A stretch of 39,281 nucleotides of DNA from Puniceicoccales bacterium (GTDB lineage Bacteria > Verrucomicrobiota > Verrucomicrobiia > Opitutales > JAIRKQ01), in NCBI GenBank assembly GCA_031268375.1, contig JAIRXJ010000042.1:1-39281 (forward strand), written 5' to 3'. A model generated the notes under the pieces. It had not been told where the DNA came from, did not search any database, and saw nothing but the letters and a program-made list of their open reading frames with translations. Below are positions 1-8,612 of the stretch, piece after piece. Position 1 is the first letter of the stretch. Each line of letters opens with the position of its first letter. The translations under genes were made by a program, and so were the position numbers.

Positions 1-17
1 ATTCCTGTTGTCTTCAT
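1..17 (-). CDS. 5' end of a CDS running off the left edge (MKTTG...)
   Basis: ATG at 17-15 preceded by GGAGGGA, just after the stop of ORF 27..668; only 5 codons visible. Confidence 0.4.
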
Positions 18-26
18 TGTTCCCTC

Positions 27-668
27 CTACCTCGGGCGAAAAAATATCAAGCCTACTCCAAGGGCAAACAAACATGCCAGTCCACCAAACACTTGCAAGG
101 TCCTAAGCGTACGGTGGGAGGATTCGTAGCGGGCGTACCTCCTCTCAAACAGTGCTGTGTCTTTCCCTATTCGCCCAACCAGCCGTTCCTTCCTGGTCTT
201 CAATGCTTTCGCATCCTTCACTAGTCGGGTTACCCCTTCCCCGTCCATATTGTTCGCAAGTATCCTCTCGTTGTCGTCGGGCAGTCCTACTATTTCCAGA
301 CATCCCCCAAGGGCTAGCTTACCTACCTCCTTGTTCCCTGGTCTACCGCTTCCGGGATTTCCAGTTCCCATGCCGGGTTTACGATTCTCCAAACCGTAGT
401 CCTCAAACTGGTCATCTTCACAGCTATCATAGTTATTCATCCCTACCCACAGCAGAATTTGCAAATAGTCGTACAGTTTGCCGTTTATGTTCTTCAGTTC
501 CTCTCCCTGTCCACTGAGCCTTCCAGGCATCGGCAATCCTCTACCCATCGTTTTACATCCTCCGCACACCACCATCCATAGCATGCTTGCCATAAACAAA
601 ATACTTACCAATACCACTTTTCTCTGTTCTCTGCTCTTCCTTCTTTCCACGGGGCTTCCTCCTAACAC
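27..668 (-). CDS. hypothetical membrane protein/putative lipoprotein (N-terminal hydrophobic segment ending VCGGC, C-terminal TM helix)
   Basis: 213-aa ORF with strong purine bias on the coding strand; hydrophobic N- and C-termini; start codon uncertain; no family recognised. Confidence 0.6.
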   Translation of the reverse strand: MLGGSPVERRKSREQRKVVLVSILFMASMLWMVVCGGCKTMGRGLPMPGRLSGQGEELKNINGKLYDYLQILLWVGMNNYDSCEDDQFEDYGLENRKPGMGTGNPGSGRPGNKEVGKLALGGCLEIVGLPDDNERILANNMDGEGVTRLVKDAKALKTRKERLVGRIGKDTALFERRYARYESSHRTLRTLQVFGGLACLFALGVGLIFFRPR

Positions 669-886
669 CCAGTATACTACTTTCTCCTACTTTTCCAATG
701 CTTTATTCCTTCAATGACACTATCTAATGGTCCAAAAAAACTTCCGTTTCATTCCTCAAAAACAGATTCCCTTTTTTCTGAAGACGTGCTTTTTGCGGCT
801 ATATTGCGGCAATGGCTTTTCCCTGATGCCCCCTTTTACACTTCCCCCATCTCCCACAAAGGCTGCATTTGTGAGGCTTTTGAAGA

Positions 887-962
887 TGGCGAGGCAGGAG
901 GGAGTCGAACCCTCGACCTTCGGCTTAGAAGGCCGCTGCTCTGTCCACTGAGCTACTACCCC
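887..962 (-). tRNA. tRNA-Arg (anticodon UCU)
   Basis: Reverse complement reads GGGGTAG TA GCTCAGTGGACAGAGC A GCGGC CTTCTAA GCCGA AGGTC GAGGG TTCGACT CCCTC CTGCCTC G CCA; cloverleaf with T-loop and encoded CCA. Confidence 0.97.
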
Positions 963-1097
963 TCAACGGTGTTATATAAAGCCATCTGCCTTTACTATGT
1001 CAAAGCAAAAATCCTCCCTTTAAGCCATCTACCAATACGGTATGCCATAGGTGCCACGCCTAACAATCACATATTGAGCAATGCAGGCAGAAAGGAT

Positions 1098-1406
1098 ATG
1101 AATTATTGGGAGATCTCAGAAAAAGAATAATAGGCTATGCAAAGAGCCACAGCATGAGGGGAACGAGCGAAATATTTGGAGTTGGCCCATGGACGGTTCT
1201 TGGCGTACGCTATTCAAGTAGGAAAAACTGCTAAGGGAAAAGAAACTTTGATTCTTCTCCCCATTCCACAAGTAGCGGAAGACAATGGAAATCATCCTTG
1301 CCGACTGCTCCCTAATTTTTCTTCCTCCATATTCCTAGACCTCAATCCCGTTAAAAAATTCTGGGCTCATCTCAAACGTAAACTTCGTGATATAATGGGC
1401 AAATGA
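1098..1406 (+). pseudogene. internally deleted, frameshifted IS630-family transposase remnant
   Basis: N-terminal HTH-like MNY.DLRKRIIGYAKSHSMRGTSEIFGVG (across a frameshift) and the C-terminal signature FLPPYS/DLNPVKKFWAHLKRKLR (IS630 LPPYSPDLNPIE.W motif); the central DDE region is missing. Confidence 0.85.
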
Positions 1407-1588
1407 GGCTTCGGAAGAGAAAATAAAGTCTTCAAATACCCACGACGAAAGATGTCGACAAAAAGAAAACTTCTCCCTAACATTTCCATTGGCATAATGC
1501 GTTTATCTGTACTTTACAACCCATTGTATGGAATTACAAAATCGAAAACATGTTTAGCAAATGGAGGGATTGATGTCCCATTGTCACA

Positions 1589-1734
1589 GGAAATCCTCAA
1601 AGGGTAGGGGGTCCAACAATCCCGAAGTTGAAGGACAACCTGCCGAAGAAACAGCAATATCGGAAAGTTCCCAGGAGGTTTTGGGAAATCCTCAAAGGGT
1701 AGGGAAGTCCAACAATCCCGAAGTTGAAGGACAA
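1589..1734 (+). repeat. two ~50-bp direct repeats (1589-1638 and 1684-1734) in a decayed low-complexity ORF
   Basis: GGAAATCCTCAAAGGGTAGGG(G/AA)GTCCAACAATCCCGAAGTTGAAGGACAA occurs twice; the copies differ in length by 1 nt. Confidence 0.9.
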
Positions 1735-2195
1735 TCTATCGAATCGCAGCCATCTCAATGCCGAATTGTTGGAAAAGGGGAATCCGTTTTTGCTTGGAGA
1801 TGCCTTTTTTGAAGATAATCAGGGGGAACGAAATGGCAAAAAGCTACAGATGAAATCCCAACTACTGCGGAAGATAGGAATATTACCTTGCAAGGACAAA
1901 ATGGGCTTGGTCCGCAAAATGTGCAAGAAGTAGTATTATGTCGGAAAGTGGATACACTATGGCCGGGCAAAAATGATGGTCGTATTTCTTGCGGTGAATT
2001 TATTTTTGATTAACATGCCCTGGACAAAGAAGATACGATCTTATTTCCAACGAAGAAAAGCAGCTTCTAAAAAATATTGTCTCCCAAGTTAAAGCCTTAA
2101 AAGAGATCAATATCTTCCTAGATCTTAGTAGACAATTCGGATGATATAAATTCTCCGGGGATAGTCACAAAGCAAATCCTAACACAGCATCGTCA

Positions 2196-2223
2196 TTTTC
2201 GCATAATATATATTATGTCTAAT
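2196..2223 (+). other. dif: XerC/XerD dif recombination site
   Basis: TTTTCGCATAA-TATATA-TTATGTCTAAT matches the 11-6-11 layout of E. coli dif (GGTGCGCATAA-TGTATA-TTATGTTAAAT); it is intergenic and xerD lies in the same window. Confidence 0.85.
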
Positions 2224-2230
2224 AATCTAG

Positions 2231-2876
2231 TTGCGACACAAGGGAAAGCTTCTACTATTTCTTGTCCCACATGGTTCTTCCGTCAATCATAACCCTAGTG
2301 TCAGGACTCATAAGCTCAAATAAAAGAGGAAAGAACAAGCGATGCAGATGGAAGAGAAGAAGGTGTGAGCAGAGCGATCGTAGCGGGTGGCGATACGGGG
2401 CCAATCCTTCAATCTGCCGAACATATTTTCGATTTTGTGGCGTCGCTTATACAGATCTATGTTGTAGGGCAACTGTATTTTGCGGTGGCACATCGGATGA
2501 CTACCCCACAGTCTCCATCGCTTGACACTAGCTCGTCTCAATTACCGTCAAAATTTACTCCATCCAATGAACTTGTAAATGACCTGTTGGTGTTATGGGG
2601 AGATGGAACAGATCACACACTCAATAATCATACTGCAAATATTTTTTTCGATGAATTTTTCAAGTGGGGTGGTATACGGGAGGTGGTCATGGATCACATA
2701 GATCATCATGCGGTATAACATACGCTAACCAACATGGCAATGGCAATGAACTGCATTTTAATACGATAAAAGACGATCTAAGAAAGATTGCAGGTTGGAT
2801 CGTAATGTATGCTAACCAACATGATTTGAGAAATGACAACATGGATACTCTGCGAGCGATTGCAGCGACCACATAG
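2231..2876 (+). pseudogene. disrupted hypothetical gene interrupted by the IS5-derived element and a frameshift near 2710
   Basis: Deleting the element and keeping one CTAG rejoins one frame (...VNHNP-SSSQLPSKF...); the downstream frame carries a duplicated YANQH motif. Confidence 0.4.
2295..2531 (-). mobile_element. miniature (~237 bp) IS5-family derivative retaining the transposase C-terminus
   Basis: LYKRRHKIENMFGRLKDWPRIATRYDRSAHTF is the IS5 (IS427-group-like) C-terminal motif; bounded by inverted CTAGTGTCA (2295-2303) and TGACACTAG (2523-2531). Confidence 0.85.
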
Positions 2877-3001
2877 CGGGACTAACCATGCTGATTTGTT
2901 ATGGTTTCTACGCTTGACAATCATGGGTCGAGTACTATGGGCAAAGAAGATAATGGCATCGCCTGGGAAGGTGTGAGCCCTGGCGAATGTGATGGAGAGG
3001 G

Positions 3002-4429
3002 TTATTCAATGTATTGATTGGCCATAATCGCTGGCTTATTGGCCAATTGTTCCCATTTTGCCAGAAAATCATACTTGTTGTCCGCAAACATCGGACTTAT
3101 TTCGATGTCGAAAGGAGGCAATCCATTGACATCCGTCGGAATATCCGTTCCTGCTGCCAACAACCAGCTGGTAAAAAGCTTCAACTGGTCCTGCAAACAA
3201 GTTTTCAACGAATCCAGCCCATCCATGTTTTTTATGGGACTAAAATTGGACAACCTGTCGCTTTCCAAGACAATGGTCCTTTCGGTGAAGGGTAAAACAT
3301 CAAATATAAACATTTCTAGTTTTAATCCATTGGCTACTTGGGGAGTAATGGGTTCACCAAGCGAATTTATGGTCGGAATAATCTTTTGGGCAATGTGATA
3401 TGGAATTTCAGAATGAATGTCCTTACCATTAAATTGTTTTATAAATTGAACATCCAATAGGTGTATGCCCGTGTTACCTGCACAAAATATAAGATTCCCC
3501 GCCGCATCTCGCAGCATGGCTTGCTCCTTTGGCAAATCGGAATATTCGACAACACAGCTTTTGCCCTTCCTTTCACAGAAGATTCCAACTTTTTCTTCCG
3601 GATATAATTTACGAATCATCCGAGAAGACACTTGGGATTGATTCTTTACATGGGACCCGACGAGGTATGGATCGATGCTCCTGGCGAGTGGGTTGTCGAC
3701 CTGAAAATAGCTTATGATTTCAATACCCAAGTTTTCTAACATTGCGAGTAAACCCGATCGCCCAAGAGCTTTTAGAGCTCCACCGTGTCCGTCTGGATGC
3801 ATGGCGATTTTACTCCTTGTTTCCATGATGAATTTTCCATCATTGGTGATCGCCGGCATCTGTCCTTGCTTGACAAAATGTATATTCCCAACCCCAAAGG
3901 AATCATTCTTTCCGAAAAATTCCATTGTCTCATTGTGAGTTCGTTCACTTGTCATTATTATCCAATGGATTGGAGTTTCGTATTTTCGCTCAGCGGCTTT
4001 TATCTTTTCGGCAAAGATTTGAAAGAGCGATTTCTTTTTCAACGGCGTTGTTTGTAGTATGCCTTTGGGAACTACACAACCTAGGCGTGTCCCTTCGCCT
4101 CCTGCCACCGTAAATGCAGCAACTTTGCCGGCCCTTATGGCCTGTTCTCCGATGGCTATGGTCTCTTTGCACTTTTGCCAATCGACTTCGGAATTCGGGA
4201 ATTTTATGAACTTAGCAGGGGATATGCTTGGGATATGCTTGTCCGGTTGAGAATTTTTATGGAGTACATTTTCTATGATTTGGGATAGGTAGTCCAAATT
4301 TAGGCTTTTGGCCTGCTGCAACAACTGTAACTGTTCTTCGCTGGAAAGAATTTCCCAAAATTTGAAAACATGTTCCTGCCCATATTCACAAAACTGCAAT
4401 CTTAACTCTTTGGCTTGTTTATCGGTCAT
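3002..4429 (-). CDS. UDPGP type 1 family nucleotidyltransferase (eukaryote-like UDP-N-acetylglucosamine pyrophosphorylase)
   Basis: Motifs VAGGEGTRLG, PKG, PDGHGG, QVDNPL, VVEYSDL, KLEMFIFD. Confidence 0.9.
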   Translation of the reverse strand: MTDKQAKELRLQFCEYGQEHVFKFWEILSSEEQLQLLQQAKSLNLDYLSQIIENVLHKNSQPDKHIPSISPAKFIKFPNSEVDWQKCKETIAIGEQAIRAGKVAAFTVAGGEGTRLGCVVPKGILQTTPLKKKSLFQIFAEKIKAAERKYETPIHWIIMTSERTHNETMEFFGKNDSFGVGNIHFVKQGQMPAITNDGKFIMETRSKIAMHPDGHGGALKALGRSGLLAMLENLGIEIISYFQVDNPLARSIDPYLVGSHVKNQSQVSSRMIRKLYPEEKVGIFCERKGKSCVVEYSDLPKEQAMLRDAAGNLIFCAGNTGIHLLDVQFIKQFNGKDIHSEIPYHIAQKIIPTINSLGEPITPQVANGLKLEMFIFDVLPFTERTIVLESDRLSNFSPIKNMDGLDSLKTCLQDQLKLFTSWLLAAGTDIPTDVNGLPPFDIEISPMFADNKYDFLAKWEQLANKPAIMANQYIE

Positions 4430-4435
4430 ACCGTT

Positions 4436-4720
4436 CTAATCCTCAAATTTAAAAACTGTTTCTTTATCCTTTATGTAACCTGTCTTCTGATGAGTTATCT
4501 GTTCCATAAAATCTTTATCTGTCAGCATTTTCCGCATATGATCTTGCTTTAGAATAAATTGATTTTCCGCAGTTTGTCTCTTTTCAAATAAACCATTTAA
4601 TTTTTTCGAAAGTCGAATTTCTTCACGTCTTGTGTCGATTAGCGACATTATCAACTTGATATTGATAAAAGACAAAATCCCAAGAATAAATATGAGAACA
4701 ACTTTTCGGCTAGCTTTCAT
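4436..4720 (-). CDS. ftsB: septum formation initiator, FtsB/DivIC family
   Basis: 94 aa; N-terminal TM, coiled coil, C-terminal GYIKDKETVFKF matching G..x..E.vf. Confidence 0.7.
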   Translation of the reverse strand: MKASRKVVLIFILGILSFINIKLIMSLIDTRREEIRLSKKLNGLFEKRQTAENQFILKQDHMRKMLTDKDFMEQITHQKTGYIKDKETVFKFED

Positions 4721-4918
4721 TGCTACAAAGTGCTATCACGGTAAAAAAATATTAAAAAATTGAAAGACAAAAATATCATGGCCAGCGGTAATATTCAAAT
4801 ACATAGGACCTTTTTATCCGTTCGGATAATAGTATTCCCTTTTGTCATGAGGAATAGGGGATCAACAAAGACTAATTTTCTTGCAAGAAATTGAACAATT
4901 CTATACTCGCACGATGCA

Positions 4919-6328
4919 ATGGCATACATAGATTTGACCAGTAAAACATTTCAGAAATTATCAAATGTTAAAGTATGTGCGAAGGCATTAGACATTTGTA
5001 GCGAACTTATTCATGCCGGTGCCAGACCATATTTTGTGGGCGGATGTGTCAGAGATACCATTCGAAGAAAGAAATTTTCAGACTTCGACATAGAAGTTTT
5101 TGGTATGTCGTTGGTTGATATTGAAAATATCCTGGCGTCAAGGTTTGCAATTGAAAAAACCGGAAAGGCCTTTTGTGTTCTTAAAATTCACGGCCTCCCC
5201 ATAGATGTTTCCGTTCCGCGTGCCGAAACGAAAATCGGGAACAAACATGGGGATTTTTCCATTAATTTTCTAGGAAAATGCGATGTCAAAACCGCCGCTA
5301 GCCGTCGAGATTTTACCATAAATGCCATATACTTCGACGTCGTGGATGAAAAAATCATCGACGAATTTGGCGGATCAAAAGATCTGGATTTGGGCATACT
5401 ACGCCACGTTGGAGAAAAATTTTCTGAGGACCCTTTGAGGGTGCTGAGAGGTATGCAATTTGCAGGCAGGTTCAACCTAAAGGCCGCTGAGGGAACTCTT
5501 TGCCTGTGTAAAAATTTATCCCCGGAAGGTCTTTCCAGGGAACGAATTTTTTCGGAGTGGGAAAAATTAGTATTATACTCCGAAACACCATCCCTGGGCC
5601 TACGGTTTCTCAAGGATGCTGGTTGGTTAAAGTTTTTCCCTCAAATTGAAGCTCTTGATAGATGCCCCCAGGATGCCGACCAACATGGAGAAGGGTCGGT
5701 CTTCGAACATACGTGCATGGCCCTCGACGTGTTTGCTGAGAACAAAATCGGGGACCGGCAGGAAGATCTTATCCTTGGGTTCGCTGCCCTATGCCATGAT
5801 TTCGGAAAGCCCTATGTGATGACACAGGATGCAAAAGGAATTCACCACTATGGACACGATAAAGTCGGCATACCATATGCGGAAGAATTTTTAAAATCTA
5901 TCAATGCTCCCAATTATTTAATCGAAGCGGTATTACCTCTGGTAAGATGGCATATGGTCCCGCGATTTTTATACAGGGATAATAGGACCGATTCTGCCAT
6001 TTTACACTTGGCGAATGACGTGGGACGCATGGACAGGTTGATAAGGTTATGTTACATCGATAACATGGGACGGATAAGTAACGACAAACACAATAGTGGG
6101 TTGATAGACTGGTTGGCGGAAACGGCCAGAAAATTTGGGGTATTGGCAAGCCAACCCATGCCGATTATTCAAGGCCGCGACTTGATCCGGTGCGGACTGT
6201 CTCCATCGGACCAATTTTCCGAAATATTAGACCGATGTTTTGCTGCCCAGTTAAATTGTGAGTTTTTTGACCACACTTCGGGGATTGCGTACCTACGGGA
6301 AGTAATTCAAAATAGTAACACACCGTGA
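4919..6328 (+). CDS. cca: CCA tRNA nucleotidyltransferase with HD domain
   Basis: VGGCVRD, DFDIE, RRDFTINA, EDPLRVLR; HD domain (H.EGSVFEHT, LCHDFGKP). Confidence 0.92.
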   Translation: MAYIDLTSKTFQKLSNVKVCAKALDICSELIHAGARPYFVGGCVRDTIRRKKFSDFDIEVFGMSLVDIENILASRFAIEKTGKAFCVLKIHGLPIDVSVPRAETKIGNKHGDFSINFLGKCDVKTAASRRDFTINAIYFDVVDEKIIDEFGGSKDLDLGILRHVGEKFSEDPLRVLRGMQFAGRFNLKAAEGTLCLCKNLSPEGLSRERIFSEWEKLVLYSETPSLGLRFLKDAGWLKFFPQIEALDRCPQDADQHGEGSVFEHTCMALDVFAENKIGDRQEDLILGFAALCHDFGKPYVMTQDAKGIHHYGHDKVGIPYAEEFLKSINAPNYLIEAVLPLVRWHMVPRFLYRDNRTDSAILHLANDVGRMDRLIRLCYIDNMGRISNDKHNSGLIDWLAETARKFGVLASQPMPIIQGRDLIRCGLSPSDQFSEILDRCFAAQLNCEFFDHTSGIAYLREVIQNSNTP

Positions 6329-7185
6329 AAGATTCAAAAAAATTTTCAGAAAATTGTTTGCCCGTTGCAGATAAACGACGCAATATTTCTAGCCATTACC
6401 TACCGTTAGTTTTCATCATTGCACTGGTATGGCTTATCCCCGCATCATTTCGAAATAATATCAAATCTGCTTTTACCAATGTCCAGGTCCCAATCTATGC
6501 AGCCTCTGTTCAGTTAGAAAATCTGCGCAGTGCTTTTTTCAAAGGGACTCTTTCGAAGGGGAACCTGGTAACCTTTTGTGAAAACCTGATTCGGGAAAAC
6601 GTAGCTTTACAATTGAAAATCGCCACGTTGGCAGAGAATGTTTTCGATATTTCCAAATCCAAACAGGAGTATCACATGGGAAATTTTATGGCGAAGCCAG
6701 CCAGAGTAATTCGCAGGGATATTGCTTCCTGGACCAACGAATTAATCGTCGATGTTGGAACAAATCATGGAGTTGTTGAAGGAATGGGAGTAATTTCTCA
6801 AAATTATGTGGTAGGGCGCATAAAATCAGCACATGCAAAAACCTCCGTCGTTGAGCTGGTTTCATCTCCACAATTCAGGATAGTGGTCCATGCAAGAGGA
6901 GATGTTACCAGGTCTCCCATAGTGTTTTCAGGAAATGGGCATAATTTTTTTAGTCAGGCTACTGGAATTGCAACGAACATTCCAATGGCAATCGTAGCAG
7001 ATGGAGAACCGTTGAACCTTGTCACATCAGAACTATCCGGAGTATTTCCAAAAAATATTTCGGTGGGGTTGATAAAATCTCCGGGAGAACATGGGAACAG
7101 TTTCTTTTCCTCGGACGTTACCCTAAATAATGATCTACTGTCAAAACTGTACCAGGTTGCGATCCTGGTAAATTTAGGAGATTAA
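6325..7185 (+). CDS. mreC: rod shape-determining protein MreC
   Basis: N-terminal TM, coiled coil, ARVIRRD, IVDVGTNHGVVEGMGV, VVGRI, VTSELSGVFPKNISVG. Confidence 0.88.
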   Translation: MKDSKKFSENCLPVADKRRNISSHYLPLVFIIALVWLIPASFRNNIKSAFTNVQVPIYAASVQLENLRSAFFKGTLSKGNLVTFCENLIRENVALQLKIATLAENVFDISKSKQEYHMGNFMAKPARVIRRDIASWTNELIVDVGTNHGVVEGMGVISQNYVVGRIKSAHAKTSVVELVSSPQFRIVVHARGDVTRSPIVFSGNGHNFFSQATGIATNIPMAIVADGEPLNLVTSELSGVFPKNISVGLIKSPGEHGNSFFSSDVTLNNDLLSKLYQVAILVNLGD

Positions 7186-7187
7186 AA

Positions 7188-7682
7188 ATGATATCTTTCC
7201 TACTTGTCATTGTCTACTACGGTATACTATTTCTATGTCAACTTTTCAACGGTTCCACACTGTTTCCTGGTGTTCTAATTGTTCCCATTGGATTATTTAT
7301 TCATGGTCCCGCAACATACTTAAATTCCATTCAGGCTACAATTTTATACGGAGTTATTGGTTCCATTCTTGATGTAATATTTCCTTTTTTACCATTTGGG
7401 TTTAGTATGGTCTTTTGCATATTTTTTTACTGCACGCAGAGAGCCATGTTTAGTCCGGGATATCCCATGCTATCCTCCCATCGAATCGGCATTGAGCAAC
7501 TGGCTAACATTTCATATATCCTTTTTTTATTTATTTTTCGAAATACATCATTCGGCATATTTCAATTTCTGTCAACGGCAAGTGTTTCTCAAATCTGCAT
7601 ATTTTTGCTATCGGACAGAATGGCTATTTGCCATAAAAAACTCATGTTTATCTACGACAATTACATGAAATACCAACAATAG
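7188..7682 (+). CDS. mreD: polytopic membrane protein, probable MreD
   Basis: 164 aa, highly hydrophobic, G.ILD motif, directly after mreC. Confidence 0.6.
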   Translation: MISFLLVIVYYGILFLCQLFNGSTLFPGVLIVPIGLFIHGPATYLNSIQATILYGVIGSILDVIFPFLPFGFSMVFCIFFYCTQRAMFSPGYPMLSSHRIGIEQLANISYILFLFIFRNTSFGIFQFLSTASVSQICIFLLSDRMAICHKKLMFIYDNYMKYQQ

Positions 7683-7685
7683 CAC

Positions 7686-8495
7686 CTATGGAAATGGTAC
7701 CGAATTTGGGACAATTCTGGCAAAACTACTCCTCGCATAGGAAATCAGGAAATCCCTTGCTTTTGCCATATCCTTTGCTGCCAACGCATGTAATTTGATG
7801 GCATTGGTTTTGCCTAAAGCCCTAAGCGTAACATCAAAGAACGACAAATTTCCCTTGGCAATAACATTTTTGCCATTTTTATCGTATGATACCATATTCC
7901 CAGAATATATCATTCCCGTGTTCGGAGCTAGGAAAACTGTGTTCTCCCCATGTTTTTTTATTGCCACACGAATTTTAAAGTCCGCCAATGGTATGCTGAA
8001 TTTACGTGTATGTTTACTCTCCGCATCCACATCTTCAAAGAATTTTTCCATGGAATAGTTTTGTCCTAACAACTTTTGCAGGGATAGGGTGGCTGCGCTT
8101 CCCAGTATGGTACGGGAAACTTCAAGCTTTCCAAATTCCAACTCCACAATATCATATTTCACCGCTGCGGTGATATGTTGTTCGTTATTCGTGGTGAAAA
8201 AAAATAGTCTAAATCCATTTTCACCTTCGTGCTTGCAAATTTCAAAGATAGGCTGTCCCTTATCAAGGAGAACCATCGATTTTAGATCATCACTGATACA
8301 CGCCAATATGTCACTTAATTCCTTACAAATAATTCTTGTCTCTTCGACGGATCGATTACTATCCTCCGCCATGGATATTAATTTTTTCCCGAGGAAAATC
8401 ATGATGGTAACTATAAACAATGACAACATCAGTTCCAGTAAAGTAAATGCCCTAGCGGCGATATGACATTTAATCCGACTTGGTATAAGTCCCAT
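7686..8495 (-). CDS. prepilin-type N-terminal cleavage/methylation domain protein (pilin/pseudopilin, GspJ-like)
   Basis: Class III signal RA|FTLLELMLSLFIVTIM with E5. Confidence 0.8.
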   Translation of the reverse strand: MGLIPSRIKCHIAARAFTLLELMLSLFIVTIMIFLGKKLISMAEDSNRSVEETRIICKELSDILACISDDLKSMVLLDKGQPIFEICKHEGENGFRLFFFTTNNEQHITAAVKYDIVELEFGKLEVSRTILGSAATLSLQKLLGQNYSMEKFFEDVDAESKHTRKFSIPLADFKIRVAIKKHGENTVFLAPNTGMIYSGNMVSYDKNGKNVIAKGNLSFFDVTLRALGKTNAIKLHALAAKDMAKARDFLISYARSSFARIVPNSVPFP

Positions 8496-8612
8496 GGCCT
8501 TTTTACGTTTTTGAATTTTGAAAGCAGAAACCTAGGACGACAGACAAAATAGTCAATATGATATTTGGATTGTAATGCGGTCGAACTTGTGTTGTTTTGG
8601 GGAAAGAAGGAG

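Noticed and set aside
714-1130. ORFs 714..1130 and 727..951
   Set aside because: They overlap the tRNA-Arg gene on the opposite strand; shadow ORFs
1589-1734. Possible CRISPR array
   Set aside because: Only two copies, ~50 bp, non-palindromic, consistent with a coding repeat; no cas genes in the window
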